14,932 nt of DNA from Nanobdellota archaeon (GTDB taxonomy: Archaea; Nanobdellota; Nanobdellia; Nanobdellales; Nanobdellaceae): NCBI GenBank assembly GCA_020697515.1, contig JAIXNB010000043.1, positions 1 through 14,932 of the forward strand, read 5' to 3'. The notes under the pieces are model-generated. The model did not search any database and had not been told where the DNA came from. It worked only from the letters and a program-made list of their open reading frames with translations. The position numbers and the translations under genes are program-made. This document shows positions 1 through 6,416 of this stretch, piece by piece; within the stretch, counting starts at the first letter, position 1; the number at the start of each line of letters is the position of its first letter.

Positions 1-53
1 AGATCTATGATTTCTTTGACATAGAAATCTTCGGGTTTTTCTTTTATTTTCAT
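1..53 (-). CDS. truD: tRNA pseudouridine synthase TruD/Pus7-like, N-terminal fragment; the gene runs off the window start
   Basis: The reverse-strand ATG at 53..51 reads MKIKEKPEDFYVKEIID. K-x-PEDF-x-V-x-E-I is the typical TruD N-terminal motif. A TATA-like TCTATAAA (83..76) is centred 26.5 nt upstream of the ATG. Only 17 codons are visible. Confidence 0.45.
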   Translation of the reverse strand, partial: MKIKEKPEDFYVKEIID

Positions 54-75
54 ATCTTTTAATCAAACTTAAAAC

Positions 76-83
76 TTTATAGA
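76..83 (-). promoter_or_regulatory. TATA box for the truD-like gene (leaderless spacing)
   Basis: The reverse strand reads TCTATAAA. Its centre lies 26.5 nt from the ATG at 53. Confidence 0.45.
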
Positions 84-245
84 GAGTTATTGTTGATCTC
101 TTGTTTAAGGGGCAAAACATCAATCCTACGTAAAACTACCAATATAAGTCGGTTTTATTATTGTATTCTCCTTCAAAATCTAACTTTCATAAATAGTTAT
201 GTACTTTAGATTCTCAAAGTAATCTTAGCTGTAAAGACATCTCAA

Positions 246-253
246 TATTTAAA
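246..253 (+). promoter_or_regulatory. TATA box for dtdA
   Basis: TATTTAAA is centred 28.5 nt upstream of ATG 278 but only 10.5 nt from ATG 260. The same octamer serves uS14 at 5329..5336. Confidence 0.45.
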
Positions 254-277
254 GTTTTAATGGAAATTGGTAAATCT

Positions 278-1069
278 ATGAAATTAATAGTGACTTCTGA
301 TAGAGATGAGGCGTCAATAAATATGTTTAATGCTTTCATAGAGAATTTTAATTTTGTAGAAACAGAATTTAAATATCAAGGAAATCCCATATACAAATAC
401 AAAGATTTTTATCTAATTAAAATAAAAGATGATCTCGTAGAAGCTTATTATATTGATAAGGATTTTCCAGAAGTGGATTTAGTTATTTTTGCTTCAAAAC
501 ATTCTTCAAAAGAAGAAATTCCAACATTAACAGTACATTCTGATGGGAATTTTTGCAAAGCAGATGTAGGAGGGAGAGATTATACATTGAGTATAGCACC
601 TGCCCAATACATCAAATCTGCATTATTGTTCTATTATGAAAACTGCCCTCTGGGATATAGAGCATCTCTGGAAGTAACACACCATGGACCTAATTTAAAT
701 AAACCTTCAATATGGATAGAGGTTGGAAGTACTATAAGGGAATGGAACGACTACAATACCATTACTTTAGCTTGTGAAAATATAATTAACTTGAGACCAG
801 TGGAGTCTGATGTAACTATAGGATTCGGGGGTCCTCACTATGCCCCAAAGTTTACAAAGATAGTAATCAATGAAGATGTGTCCATAGGACATATCATGCC
901 AAAATATGTCATGGATTGTGCTAAGGAGTATATGATCGAGGTAATGATAAAGAACACGGCTCCTAAGGTGGATTATGCTTTAATCGATTGGAAAGGAACA
1001 AAATCTGACTTTAGAAGAAAGATAATAAGTAAATTGGATGATCTAGATATAGATTATAAAAAGATCTAG
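278..1069 (+). CDS. dtdA: D-aminoacyl-tRNA deacylase, archaeal type (DTD2/DtdA)
   Basis: This is ORF 260..1069. The length (about 265 aa) and sequence pattern fit archaeal DTD2: the MKLIVTS..D.AS.N N-terminus, and FASKHSS..E.PTLTVH.DGN. I moved the start to the second ATG (278) because of the TATA position and because homologues begin MK(V/L)I. The stop TAG at 1067..1069 shares the palindrome CTAG with the trpS stop. Confidence 0.75.
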   Translation: MKLIVTSDRDEASINMFNAFIENFNFVETEFKYQGNPIYKYKDFYLIKIKDDLVEAYYIDKDFPEVDLVIFASKHSSKEEIPTLTVHSDGNFCKADVGGRDYTLSIAPAQYIKSALLFYYENCPLGYRASLEVTHHGPNLNKPSIWIEVGSTIREWNDYNTITLACENIINLRPVESDVTIGFGGPHYAPKFTKIVINEDVSIGHIMPKYVMDCAKEYMIEVMIKNTAPKVDYALIDWKGTKSDFRRKIISKLDDLDIDYKKI

Positions 1070-2217
1070 GGTAGAGGAAATTTCCAATTCCACATTTCCT
1101 GGGCTAATTTACCTTCATAAAAGTATTTATCAATATTAATCTTCTTAGCTCTTTTTTGTAAAGGCTCTAGAAACTCCCATATCTTCTTAATAGTATATTC
1201 TTTTAGTTCCCCGGTAGTTAACTCTCCATTTCTGTATGAATCCTCCAACTCTTTCAATTTTTTATCATCTGGTTCGAATAATATTTTTAGCCAGAAAAAG
1301 CTTACATCTATATTCGGATTCCCTCCCAATTTTCTATGTAACTCTAATATTGGTTGCCCTCCACTAAATGCATACTTGAATATTTTTCTCTTTACGGTTT
1401 CATAATCATCTGTGACAAATATTGCACTTTCAGGATCAGATGCGGACATTTTAGTATATGGTCCCTTCAGCCCCCAAACCATCTTACTTAAGATATCCGC
1501 AGTTTTATATCCCCCCAAACTAGGAGCTATATCCCTTTGAACTCTGAAATACGGATCTTGATCTATTCCACAAGGTATTAAAGGTCTTTTTTCTTCAAAG
1601 AACGTAGGAGCAATCTGTAATGCAACATAAAATACTAATCCGATACTAGTATCTCCACTAAAACCAAATACAGATTTAGCGGTAGAAATGTTTATTCTCC
1701 TAGCAATAGGGATAGCCGCAGAATATAATTGTTTGATATACTCTGAATCCATAAACATAAAGGTTTTATCCGGGTCAAAACCAAGAGCAGCAATAAATCT
1801 CGCGTGAATATTTCTTATTTTCTCCTGAACCTCTTTAACAGAGTCTACCTTTTTTGCCCAATATTTTTCTTCATCCGGGAACATTATATAGACATTGGCT
1901 CCGAATTTTTCCTGAAACCATTGTGTTAAGATAAAAGGAACTAAATGACCAATGTGCATAGACCCCTTACTAGGTGCTATACCAGTATATAAGAAAAATC
2001 CTTTACCTTCCTCCACATCATTTATTACCAAATCTAAATCTCTGTGAGCATAGTAAAAATCTCTTCTAATCAGTAGATGTAGCTCCCCAGTCAGTTCCTT
2101 CAGCCTCTCTTTTAATTCATTGGTTAAAGGTTTTACTCCAAACAGCTCTATTAATCTCTTGTAGTCTTCTTCGGTCTTTATTTGAACCTCCCATGGAGTT
2201 ACTTTTGGACCTTCCAT
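1066..2217 (-). CDS. trpS: Tryptophanyl-tRNA synthetase (archaeal/eukaryotic type)
   Basis: Class I motifs are present: MHIGH (HIGH) and KMSAS (the TrpRS variant of KMSKS). The protein is collinear with archaeal TrpRS as I recall it (KVTPWEV... FFLYTG..PS...MHIGH..PF...W.QEKFG). The ORF-track start at 2238 is a TTG. The first ATG is 2217 (MEGPKVTPWEV), which fits both homologue N-termini and the upstream TATA-like A/T tracts. Confidence 0.9.
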   Translation of the reverse strand: MEGPKVTPWEVQIKTEEDYKRLIELFGVKPLTNELKERLKELTGELHLLIRRDFYYAHRDLDLVINDVEEGKGFFLYTGIAPSKGSMHIGHLVPFILTQWFQEKFGANVYIMFPDEEKYWAKKVDSVKEVQEKIRNIHARFIAALGFDPDKTFMFMDSEYIKQLYSAAIPIARRINISTAKSVFGFSGDTSIGLVFYVALQIAPTFFEEKRPLIPCGIDQDPYFRVQRDIAPSLGGYKTADILSKMVWGLKGPYTKMSASDPESAIFVTDDYETVKRKIFKYAFSGGQPILELHRKLGGNPNIDVSFFWLKILFEPDDKKLKELEDSYRNGELTTGELKEYTIKKIWEFLEPLQKRAKKINIDKYFYEGKLAQEMWNWKFPLP

Positions 2218-2239
2218 ATTGCTTAAGAGAATATCCAAA

Positions 2240-2260
2240 AATATTTATTACTTATATATT
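2240..2260 (-). promoter_or_regulatory. Promoter region for trpS with two candidate TATA elements
   Basis: On the reverse strand, TAAATATT (2247..2240) is centred 26.5 nt from ATG 2217. AATATATAAG (2260..2251) is centred about 39 nt from 2217 and only about 18 nt from TTG 2238. Either choice disfavours the TTG start. Confidence 0.35.
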
Positions 2261-2436
2261 TCTTTGTTTTACGTTTGAAGTTGGTGACTCTAAGATCTCT
2301 TATCTTTATATTGAGTACTTGATAAGAGTCTAATAGGAAACTCTAAATATCCTGCTCATTGGAAAATTTAAAGAGTTTGTTCATAATTTAGCTGTAAATA
2401 TCGTAGTACCGTTATGTAATTATTTTAGTAAATACT

Positions 2437-2508
2437 GCCCCGGTAGCTCAGTGGTAGAGCGCCCGGCTCGTAACCGGGAGGTCGCGGGTTCAAATCCCGC
2501 CCGGGGCT
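2437..2508 (+). tRNA. tRNA-Thr (anticodon CGU)
   Basis: I folded the cloverleaf by hand. Acceptor GCCCCGG/CCGGGGC, D stem GCTC/GAGC, anticodon stem CCCGG/CCGGG with loop CTCGTAA, T arm GCGGG-TTCAAAT-CCCGC, discriminator T. Length is 72 nt, with no intron and no encoded CCA. Confidence 0.93.
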
Positions 2509-2702
2509 CTTTACTGAATATAAATAATATAAAGAGCTTCGAGGGAACAGAGAGTTATACTGCAGATAGAAACAGGATGGAAATGAGAGATACTGGTTTT
2601 AAATTTAAAACTTTTTATGTCCTTCTTTAAAGGCTTTAAACTATTTCCAATCAGATTTTTGATATAAATTGGTGCAAAATCTGGAAGTATATTATAGTGT
2701 AT

Positions 2703-2787
2703 GCCGCGGTGCCCGAGCGGACCAAGGGGTCCGGCTCGAGACCGGATCTCCGTTAAGGGGGCCGGGGTTCGAATCCCCGCCGCGGCG
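2703..2787 (+). tRNA. tRNA-Ser (anticodon CGA), class II with long variable arm
   Basis: Acceptor GCCGCGG/CCGCGGC, anticodon stem TCCGG/CCGGA with loop CTCGAGA, long variable arm (TCTCCGTTAAGGGGGC), T arm CGGGG-TTCGAAT-CCCCG, discriminator G. Length is 85 nt, with no encoded CCA. Confidence 0.9.
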
Positions 2788-2944
2788 TACTTAGTTTTTG
2801 TATTAAAACCTCAGATCTAAATACTACTTAATTTAGAATAATTTTAGAGATGTACAAGATTTGCCCAAAATTTTTATTCAATAAGAAGCCATCATAACTA
2901 TGATAAAGAATAAAAGTATTAAAATGAGATTAAATCTTATTAAG

Positions 2945-3019
2945 GCCCCCGTCGTCTAGCCAGGTCTAGGATGCGGGGCTCTCGCCCCCGAGACCCGGGT
3001 TCGAATCCCGGCGGGGGCA
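2945..3019 (+). tRNA. tRNA-Glu (anticodon CUC)
   Basis: Acceptor GCCCCCG/CGGGGGC, D stem GTCT/GGAT, anticodon stem CGGGG/CCCCG with loop CTCTCGC, 4-nt variable loop, T arm CCGGG-TTCGAAT-CCCGG, discriminator A. Length is 75 nt, with no encoded CCA. Confidence 0.9.
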
Positions 3020-3285
3020 TTAGAGCTTAAGGCTATATACTTTTTACAACTGAAGGTCTCGTCATTTAGAGTTCAAAACAGTTTCCAAATTTTAGTATCA
3101 TTTAAAAAGTCAGAATGTAGGGGGTTATATTTAGAACGCTCCCTAATGAAATCTATGTAATATAGGATGAGAAGCTCTCTCAAGGTAGATGAATATTACT
3201 GTTTATGGATAATTTTGAGGGGAGAACAGTGGGAGGAAGTCCGATTAGTATAGAATATAAGTAATTAAATTACAGAAACCTTCAC

Positions 3286-4104
3286 ATGGAGGCTGTAGTA
3301 AAAAATATTCCCCTTCTCAAGAAAAAAGAGTGGGCGGGTAACCTATTGGAAAAATTTAAAGGTGGAAAAGGTGTTGGAGAATCCTGGGAGGTTTCTACTC
3401 ATTTTTCCGGAGTTAGTAAGGTATTATATAAAAAGAAAGTTGTTCCTCTAACAGATTTTGTTAAAAGATTTGAGAATATTTTGGGCTTTAAAGAGTTCCC
3501 AATAATAGTGAAACTACTTGATATAGGTAAAATTTTAAGCATTCAAGTCCATCCAAGCGACGAAATTGCAAAGGAACTTGGAGAAAAAGATAAAGGAAAA
3601 AGTGAAGGATGGATAGCCCTAAGCGAGGGAAAAGTTTATTTAGGTGTAAAAGATCACTCAAAAGAAATAACACTAGATAATCTTAGAGTGTTTGAAGCAA
3701 AACCTTTTGATACTTTTTCAATATACCCAGGCACGATTCATACAGCGGAGAATATTTTTCTTCTTGAAGTTTCAACCCCATCAAATCTAACTTATAGAAT
3801 TTATGATCCCTATGGAAGAGAGGTTCACATAGAAAAAGCTAAAAAGTGCATTAAACAAGTTAGAATAAGAAAGGATAGAATGAAACTCAAAATGAAAGAA
3901 TTTTATGCAGAAGTAATAGAGATTGATGGAGAAAAGAGCTTTATTGATGAAAGAGTTAACATTCTTATAGCATTAGATAATGTAATTATTAAAAGCAAAA
4001 ACTCGTTAGGACTAAAAAAGTATGAGAGTTGTATAGTTCTCCCATGGACAGAGTATGTCATTACAGGAAAAGGATTTATTATTAGAGTACACCCAAACTA
4101 TTAA
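3286..4104 (+). CDS. manA: Type I phosphomannose isomerase-like cupin (mannose-6-phosphate isomerase family), compact 272-aa form
   Basis: The motifs occur in the order expected for bacterial/archaeal type I PMI: GESWEVSTH near the N-terminus, LSIQVHPSDE (QVHP zinc site), GKSEGW, and PGTIHTAEN. Substrate specificity cannot be read from the sequence. Confidence 0.6.
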   Translation: MEAVVKNIPLLKKKEWAGNLLEKFKGGKGVGESWEVSTHFSGVSKVLYKKKVVPLTDFVKRFENILGFKEFPIIVKLLDIGKILSIQVHPSDEIAKELGEKDKGKSEGWIALSEGKVYLGVKDHSKEITLDNLRVFEAKPFDTFSIYPGTIHTAENIFLLEVSTPSNLTYRIYDPYGREVHIEKAKKCIKQVRIRKDRMKLKMKEFYAEVIEIDGEKSFIDERVNILIALDNVIIKSKNSLGLKKYESCIVLPWTEYVITGKGFIIRVHPNY

Positions 4105-4127
4105 CCTACCAAGTGGTATTAGTATAA

Positions 4128-4490
4128 ATGAAAGGTCAAATAGTAGGTAAACATATTTATGGTAGTTTTTATGACTTACAAGAGCAGAAAGCATATTATG
4201 ACTCTCGATTTATGGAAGAGGTTGTTAGGGAAGCTGTAAAGATTGCAAATGCCACCCTAATTGAGTTAAAGTCTTGGAAGATAGAGGGAGAGAAGGGAGG
4301 CATCTCAGTAATCGCCCTTGTTGAAGAGAGTCATATAGCAATTCATACATGGAAGGAATATAATTATGCTACCTATGATATTTATACTTGTGGATATCAC
4401 ACTGATCCGTGGAAAGCTCTTGAGTTTATAAGGGAGAAATTAAAGCCCAAAAGATGGACAGTAAACTACTCTGACAGATCTAAGCTTTAG
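4128..4490 (+). CDS. speH: Pyruvoyl-dependent S-adenosylmethionine decarboxylase family proenzyme (SpeH-type; could instead be the crenarchaeal arginine decarboxylase paralogue)
   Basis: This 120-aa protein has the self-processing signature VEESHIAIHTWKEYNYATYDIYTCG. The predicted cleavage is E67|S68, with the Ser codon at 4329..4331. It starts 23 nt after the manA stop with no TATA of its own at -26, so it is probably co-transcribed. Confidence 0.8.
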   Translation: MKGQIVGKHIYGSFYDLQEQKAYYDSRFMEEVVREAVKIANATLIELKSWKIEGEKGGISVIALVEESHIAIHTWKEYNYATYDIYTCGYHTDPWKALEFIREKLKPKRWTVNYSDRSKL

Positions 4491-4581
4491 TATTATTCAT
4501 TAGTAATATGCTTGTATTCAAACGGATGACTCTTTAGCACTTCTTTTGTATTCTATATATTTTAGCTTTATCTATGTTATC

Positions 4582-4797
4582 TTAGTCCGTAACAGAATCG
4601 TATATATAGGATACACCAAGTTTATATATACCTACTTGAAAATATATTAACAATTTATCCAGCGTGATTCCACTATCAATCATAGATTTAATTAACTTCC
4701 GTTCGTACTCTGAGAAATTTGCTAGATGTTTGATTTTATATTCTTGTAATAAAAGATCATCTAACTCTCTTAAAATTAGGTTATATCGTTTTTTCAT
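4582..4797 (-). CDS. Hypothetical 71-aa protein; possibly the still-open 3' remnant of a decayed longer gene
   Basis: The ATG ORF has protein-like composition (MKKRYNLILRELDDLLLQEYKIKHL...). There is no TATA at -26 and I recognise no family. The upstream region shows an interrupted reading frame (see pseudogene 4798..5198). Confidence 0.35.
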   Translation of the reverse strand: MKKRYNLILRELDDLLLQEYKIKHLANFSEYERKLIKSMIDSGITLDKLLIYFQVGIYKLGVSYIYDSVTD

Positions 4798-5198
4798 TAT
4801 CCATACCTAAGACTCTCAAAAACTCAGATACTCCCTTTTTTACGAACATATAAATTCCCTACAGGTAGAAACTCCAATGTATTAGATATTTTAAATGTGT
4901 TAGAAAGAGTCTTTTTGGAGATTTTCTAGCTACAATCGGATATACGTATAATAATTTTTCTAGATTTTTAGAAGTGTAGGGTCTCTCCCTTCATATAAAA
5001 ACACCAAATCCTTTTCCAACAGTATATAGAGTATTTACCAGTAGATTTAACACAAGTATTCCAGATCTTGATAGGTATGTCTACGGTTTATATGCAACTG
5101 CATACTCATCCACAGCCTTAGCATACTTCTCAACTAACTTAGTATCAAATCCAAACTTATTTTCTACATACCTTAGTACATCTATCAGGATCTATCAT
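4798..5198 (-). pseudogene. Probable decayed 5' portion of a gene of unknown function
   Basis: One reverse-strand frame reads (I)LIDVLRYVENKFGFDTKLVEKYAKAVDEYAVAYKP*TYLSRSGILVLNLLVNTLYTVGKGFGVFI*RERPYTSKNLEKLLYVYPIVARKSPKRLFLTHLKYLIHWSFYL*GIYMFVKKGVSEFLRVLGMDN. That is only 3 stops in about 135 codons of roughly 1/3-GC DNA. It reaches the 4797 ORF with a +1 shift at an A6 run. The ATG at 5198 is thrown out of frame by a 10-bp imperfect tandem repeat. A TATA-like CTTATAGC (5230..5223) lies 28.5 nt upstream of that ATG. Confidence 0.3.
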
Positions 5199-5328
5199 TA
5201 AATTATAATGATACTATGAATAGCTATAAGGGTTATCTATTTCACCGAAATAGGGGTTGTGGTTTATCTTACTAACAAAAATTTGTTGATCAGTAAGTTT
5301 AAAGGAGAACTTACTTACAGGTTAATGT

Positions 5329-5336
5329 TATTTAAA
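5329..5336 (+). promoter_or_regulatory. TATA box for the uS14-uS8 unit
   Basis: TATTTAAA is centred 25.5 nt upstream of ATG 5358. Confidence 0.5.
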
Positions 5337-5357
5337 AGTTTTTTATTATCATAGTTA

Positions 5358-5720
5358 ATGCCAACCGGCTGGGACTATTTAGTGGATCTGCAAAGGAATA
5401 AACCGGGTACTCTAGCAAAGATAATAAAACATAATGCTCCAAGATATGTGAAACAACAGATACAAAGACTTATTAGGGAGGGCAAAATAAAAAATGTTCA
5501 AGAAATTGCAGAAATTGCAATTAGAGAGAATAAAGACGTAATATCAGTATTAAATGAATTAGGGGTTGAAAACAAGAAAAATAAATATGGGAAAGGAGCA
5601 ATTAAATGTGCAATCTGTGGATCTCATGAAAGAATAATAAGATTATATGGATTATATATATGTGGTAGGTGTTTTAGAGAAAGGGCACATTTATTAGGGT
5701 TCAAAGTTATGGGTGAATAA
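5358..5720 (+). CDS. rps14: Ribosomal protein uS14 (zinc-ribbon type) with an unusual N-terminal extension of about 70 aa
   Basis: The C-terminal 50 aa (KKNKYGKGAIKCAICGSHERIIRLYGLYICGRCFRERAHLLGFKVMGE) match the normally 50-60 aa archaeal uS14, with CxxC...CxxC. There is no ATG, GTG or TTG in frame between codon 2 and codon 117, and a TATA sits at -25 of ATG 5358, so the long form appears to be genuine. Confidence 0.8.
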   Translation: MPTGWDYLVDLQRNKPGTLAKIIKHNAPRYVKQQIQRLIREGKIKNVQEIAEIAIRENKDVISVLNELGVENKKNKYGKGAIKCAICGSHERIIRLYGLYICGRCFRERAHLLGFKVMGE

Positions 5721-5721
5721 A

Positions 5722-6108
5722 ATGAGTGATATAATTAATGATTTTTTTGCTCATGCAACTAATTGTGTAAACGTTGGAAAGTTTGAAGTAACGTTTGGAC
5801 CAATAAATAAGCTATTACTAAACATATTGGAAAAGTTAAAACAATATGGGTATGTGGAATACTATGAGGTTCTAACTTGGGAAAGGGGCGGAAAAGTAAA
5901 AGTAAAACTTACAGAGTATTTTAATAAAGGGAATGCTATAAAGCCAAGATTCCCAACAAGCTATAAAGAGTTAGAAAAGTGGGAAAAAAGATTTTTGCCT
6001 GCTAGAGGTTTTGGAATTTTAATATTATCCACAGATAAAGGAATAAAAACTAACAAAGAGGCAAAAGAAGAAAAGATAGGGGGTGTACTAATAGCCTATG
6101 TCTACTAA
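5722..6108 (+). CDS. rps8: Ribosomal protein uS8
   Basis: The sequence MSDIINDFF...LKQYGYV...GILILSTDKGI...GGVLIAYVY is typical of uS8. The ORF-track start at 5713 is a GTG inside the uS14 3' end. ATG 5722 lies 1 nt after the uS14 stop and follows an SD-like GGGTGA (5711..5716). Confidence 0.88.
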   Translation: MSDIINDFFAHATNCVNVGKFEVTFGPINKLLLNILEKLKQYGYVEYYEVLTWERGGKVKVKLTEYFNKGNAIKPRFPTSYKELEKWEKRFLPARGFGILILSTDKGIKTNKEAKEEKIGGVLIAYVY

Positions 6109-6350
6109 TATTTCTTTAGCGTTTTTTCTATTTTGGATTTTTCCTCCTCATCATACAATTTTTCTCTAATTTCTTCTATAGCGGACTTAATAAGAATTAT
6201 CTCTCTATATAACAGAGCAAGAGCAACCCAGATCTGGGCTTTAGAGATATCTTTAGCTTTTGAATAAGCTGCTCTATATTTAATAACCTCTTTTAGAAGT
6301 TGATTTAAGTAATCCCTTATTAATGGATCTAAATTTGTCTTCCAATCCAT
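6105..6350 (-). CDS. Hypothetical 81-aa all-helical protein
   Basis: This ATG ORF has a well-placed TATA (ATTTATAA, 6380..6373) centred 26.5 nt upstream. The sequence is charged and helical (…AQIWVALALLYREIILIKSAIEEIREKL…). I recognise no family. It overlaps the uS8 3' end convergently by 4 nt. Confidence 0.5.
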   Translation of the reverse strand: MDWKTNLDPLIRDYLNQLLKEVIKYRAAYSKAKDISKAQIWVALALLYREIILIKSAIEEIREKLYDEEEKSKIEKTLKKY

Positions 6351-6372
6351 TTGATAAAAGATATAGAAAAAA

Positions 6373-6380
6373 TTATAAAT
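6373..6380 (-). promoter_or_regulatory. TATA box for the 81-aa ORF
   Basis: The reverse strand reads ATTTATAA. Its centre lies 26.5 nt from ATG 6350. Confidence 0.45.
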
Positions 6381-6416
6381 TATAGTATTGTATTGAATTA
6401 TATAAAAACAATAAGG

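Noticed and set aside
225-235. The 11-mer TTAGCTGTAAA repeated at 225..235 and 2389..2399
   Set aside because: By rough estimate, many 11-mer coincidences are expected by chance in 15 kb of DNA this AT-rich. There is no extended similarity around either copy.
2286-2330. Inverted repeat CTCTTATC (2297..2304) / GATAAGAG (2321..2328) with an alternative GACTCT/AGAGTC pairing, between trpS and tRNA-Thr
   Set aside because: It is an 8-bp AT-rich stem with a 16-nt loop in a divergent promoter region. It could be a regulator binding site, but it is not distinguishable from chance without conservation data.
2993-3011. Identical CCCGGGTTCGAATCCCGGC in tRNA-Glu and tRNA-His (8584..8602) considered as att-like direct repeats of an integrated element
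   Set aside because: This is simply the conserved T arm shared by two intact tRNAs. There is no integrase gene and no partial tRNA copy in the window.
3488-3673. Antisense or shadow ORFs in the supplied track: 3488..3673(-), 4012..4194(-), 6625..6933(+), 8897..9205(+), 9973..10161(+), 10106..10336(-), 10961..11347(+), 12532..12786(+), 13302..13706(+), 14106..14336(+)
   Set aside because: Each lies opposite to, or overlaps, a confidently identified conserved gene (manA, uL18, uL30, eL37/uL16, flpA, EF-1alpha and others). Their composition is low-complexity and S/L/F/I/C-rich, as expected for mirror frames, and they lack a TATA at -26.
4798-5198. Stop-codon recoding (Sec/Pyl or read-through) as the explanation for the interrupted frame
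   Set aside because: The interruptions are a mix of TAG and TGA plus a frameshift and a displaced start. All other genes in the window use TAA, TAG and TGA as ordinary stops. Pseudogenisation is the simpler explanation.
5237-5253. Perfect 7-bp hairpin CTATTTC-ACC-GAAATAG flanked by GGGTTAT/GGGTTGT
   Set aside because: The hairpin is short and AT-rich, with a 3-nt loop. It sits between the decayed gene's putative promoter and the uS14 promoter, and there is no supporting evidence for a function.
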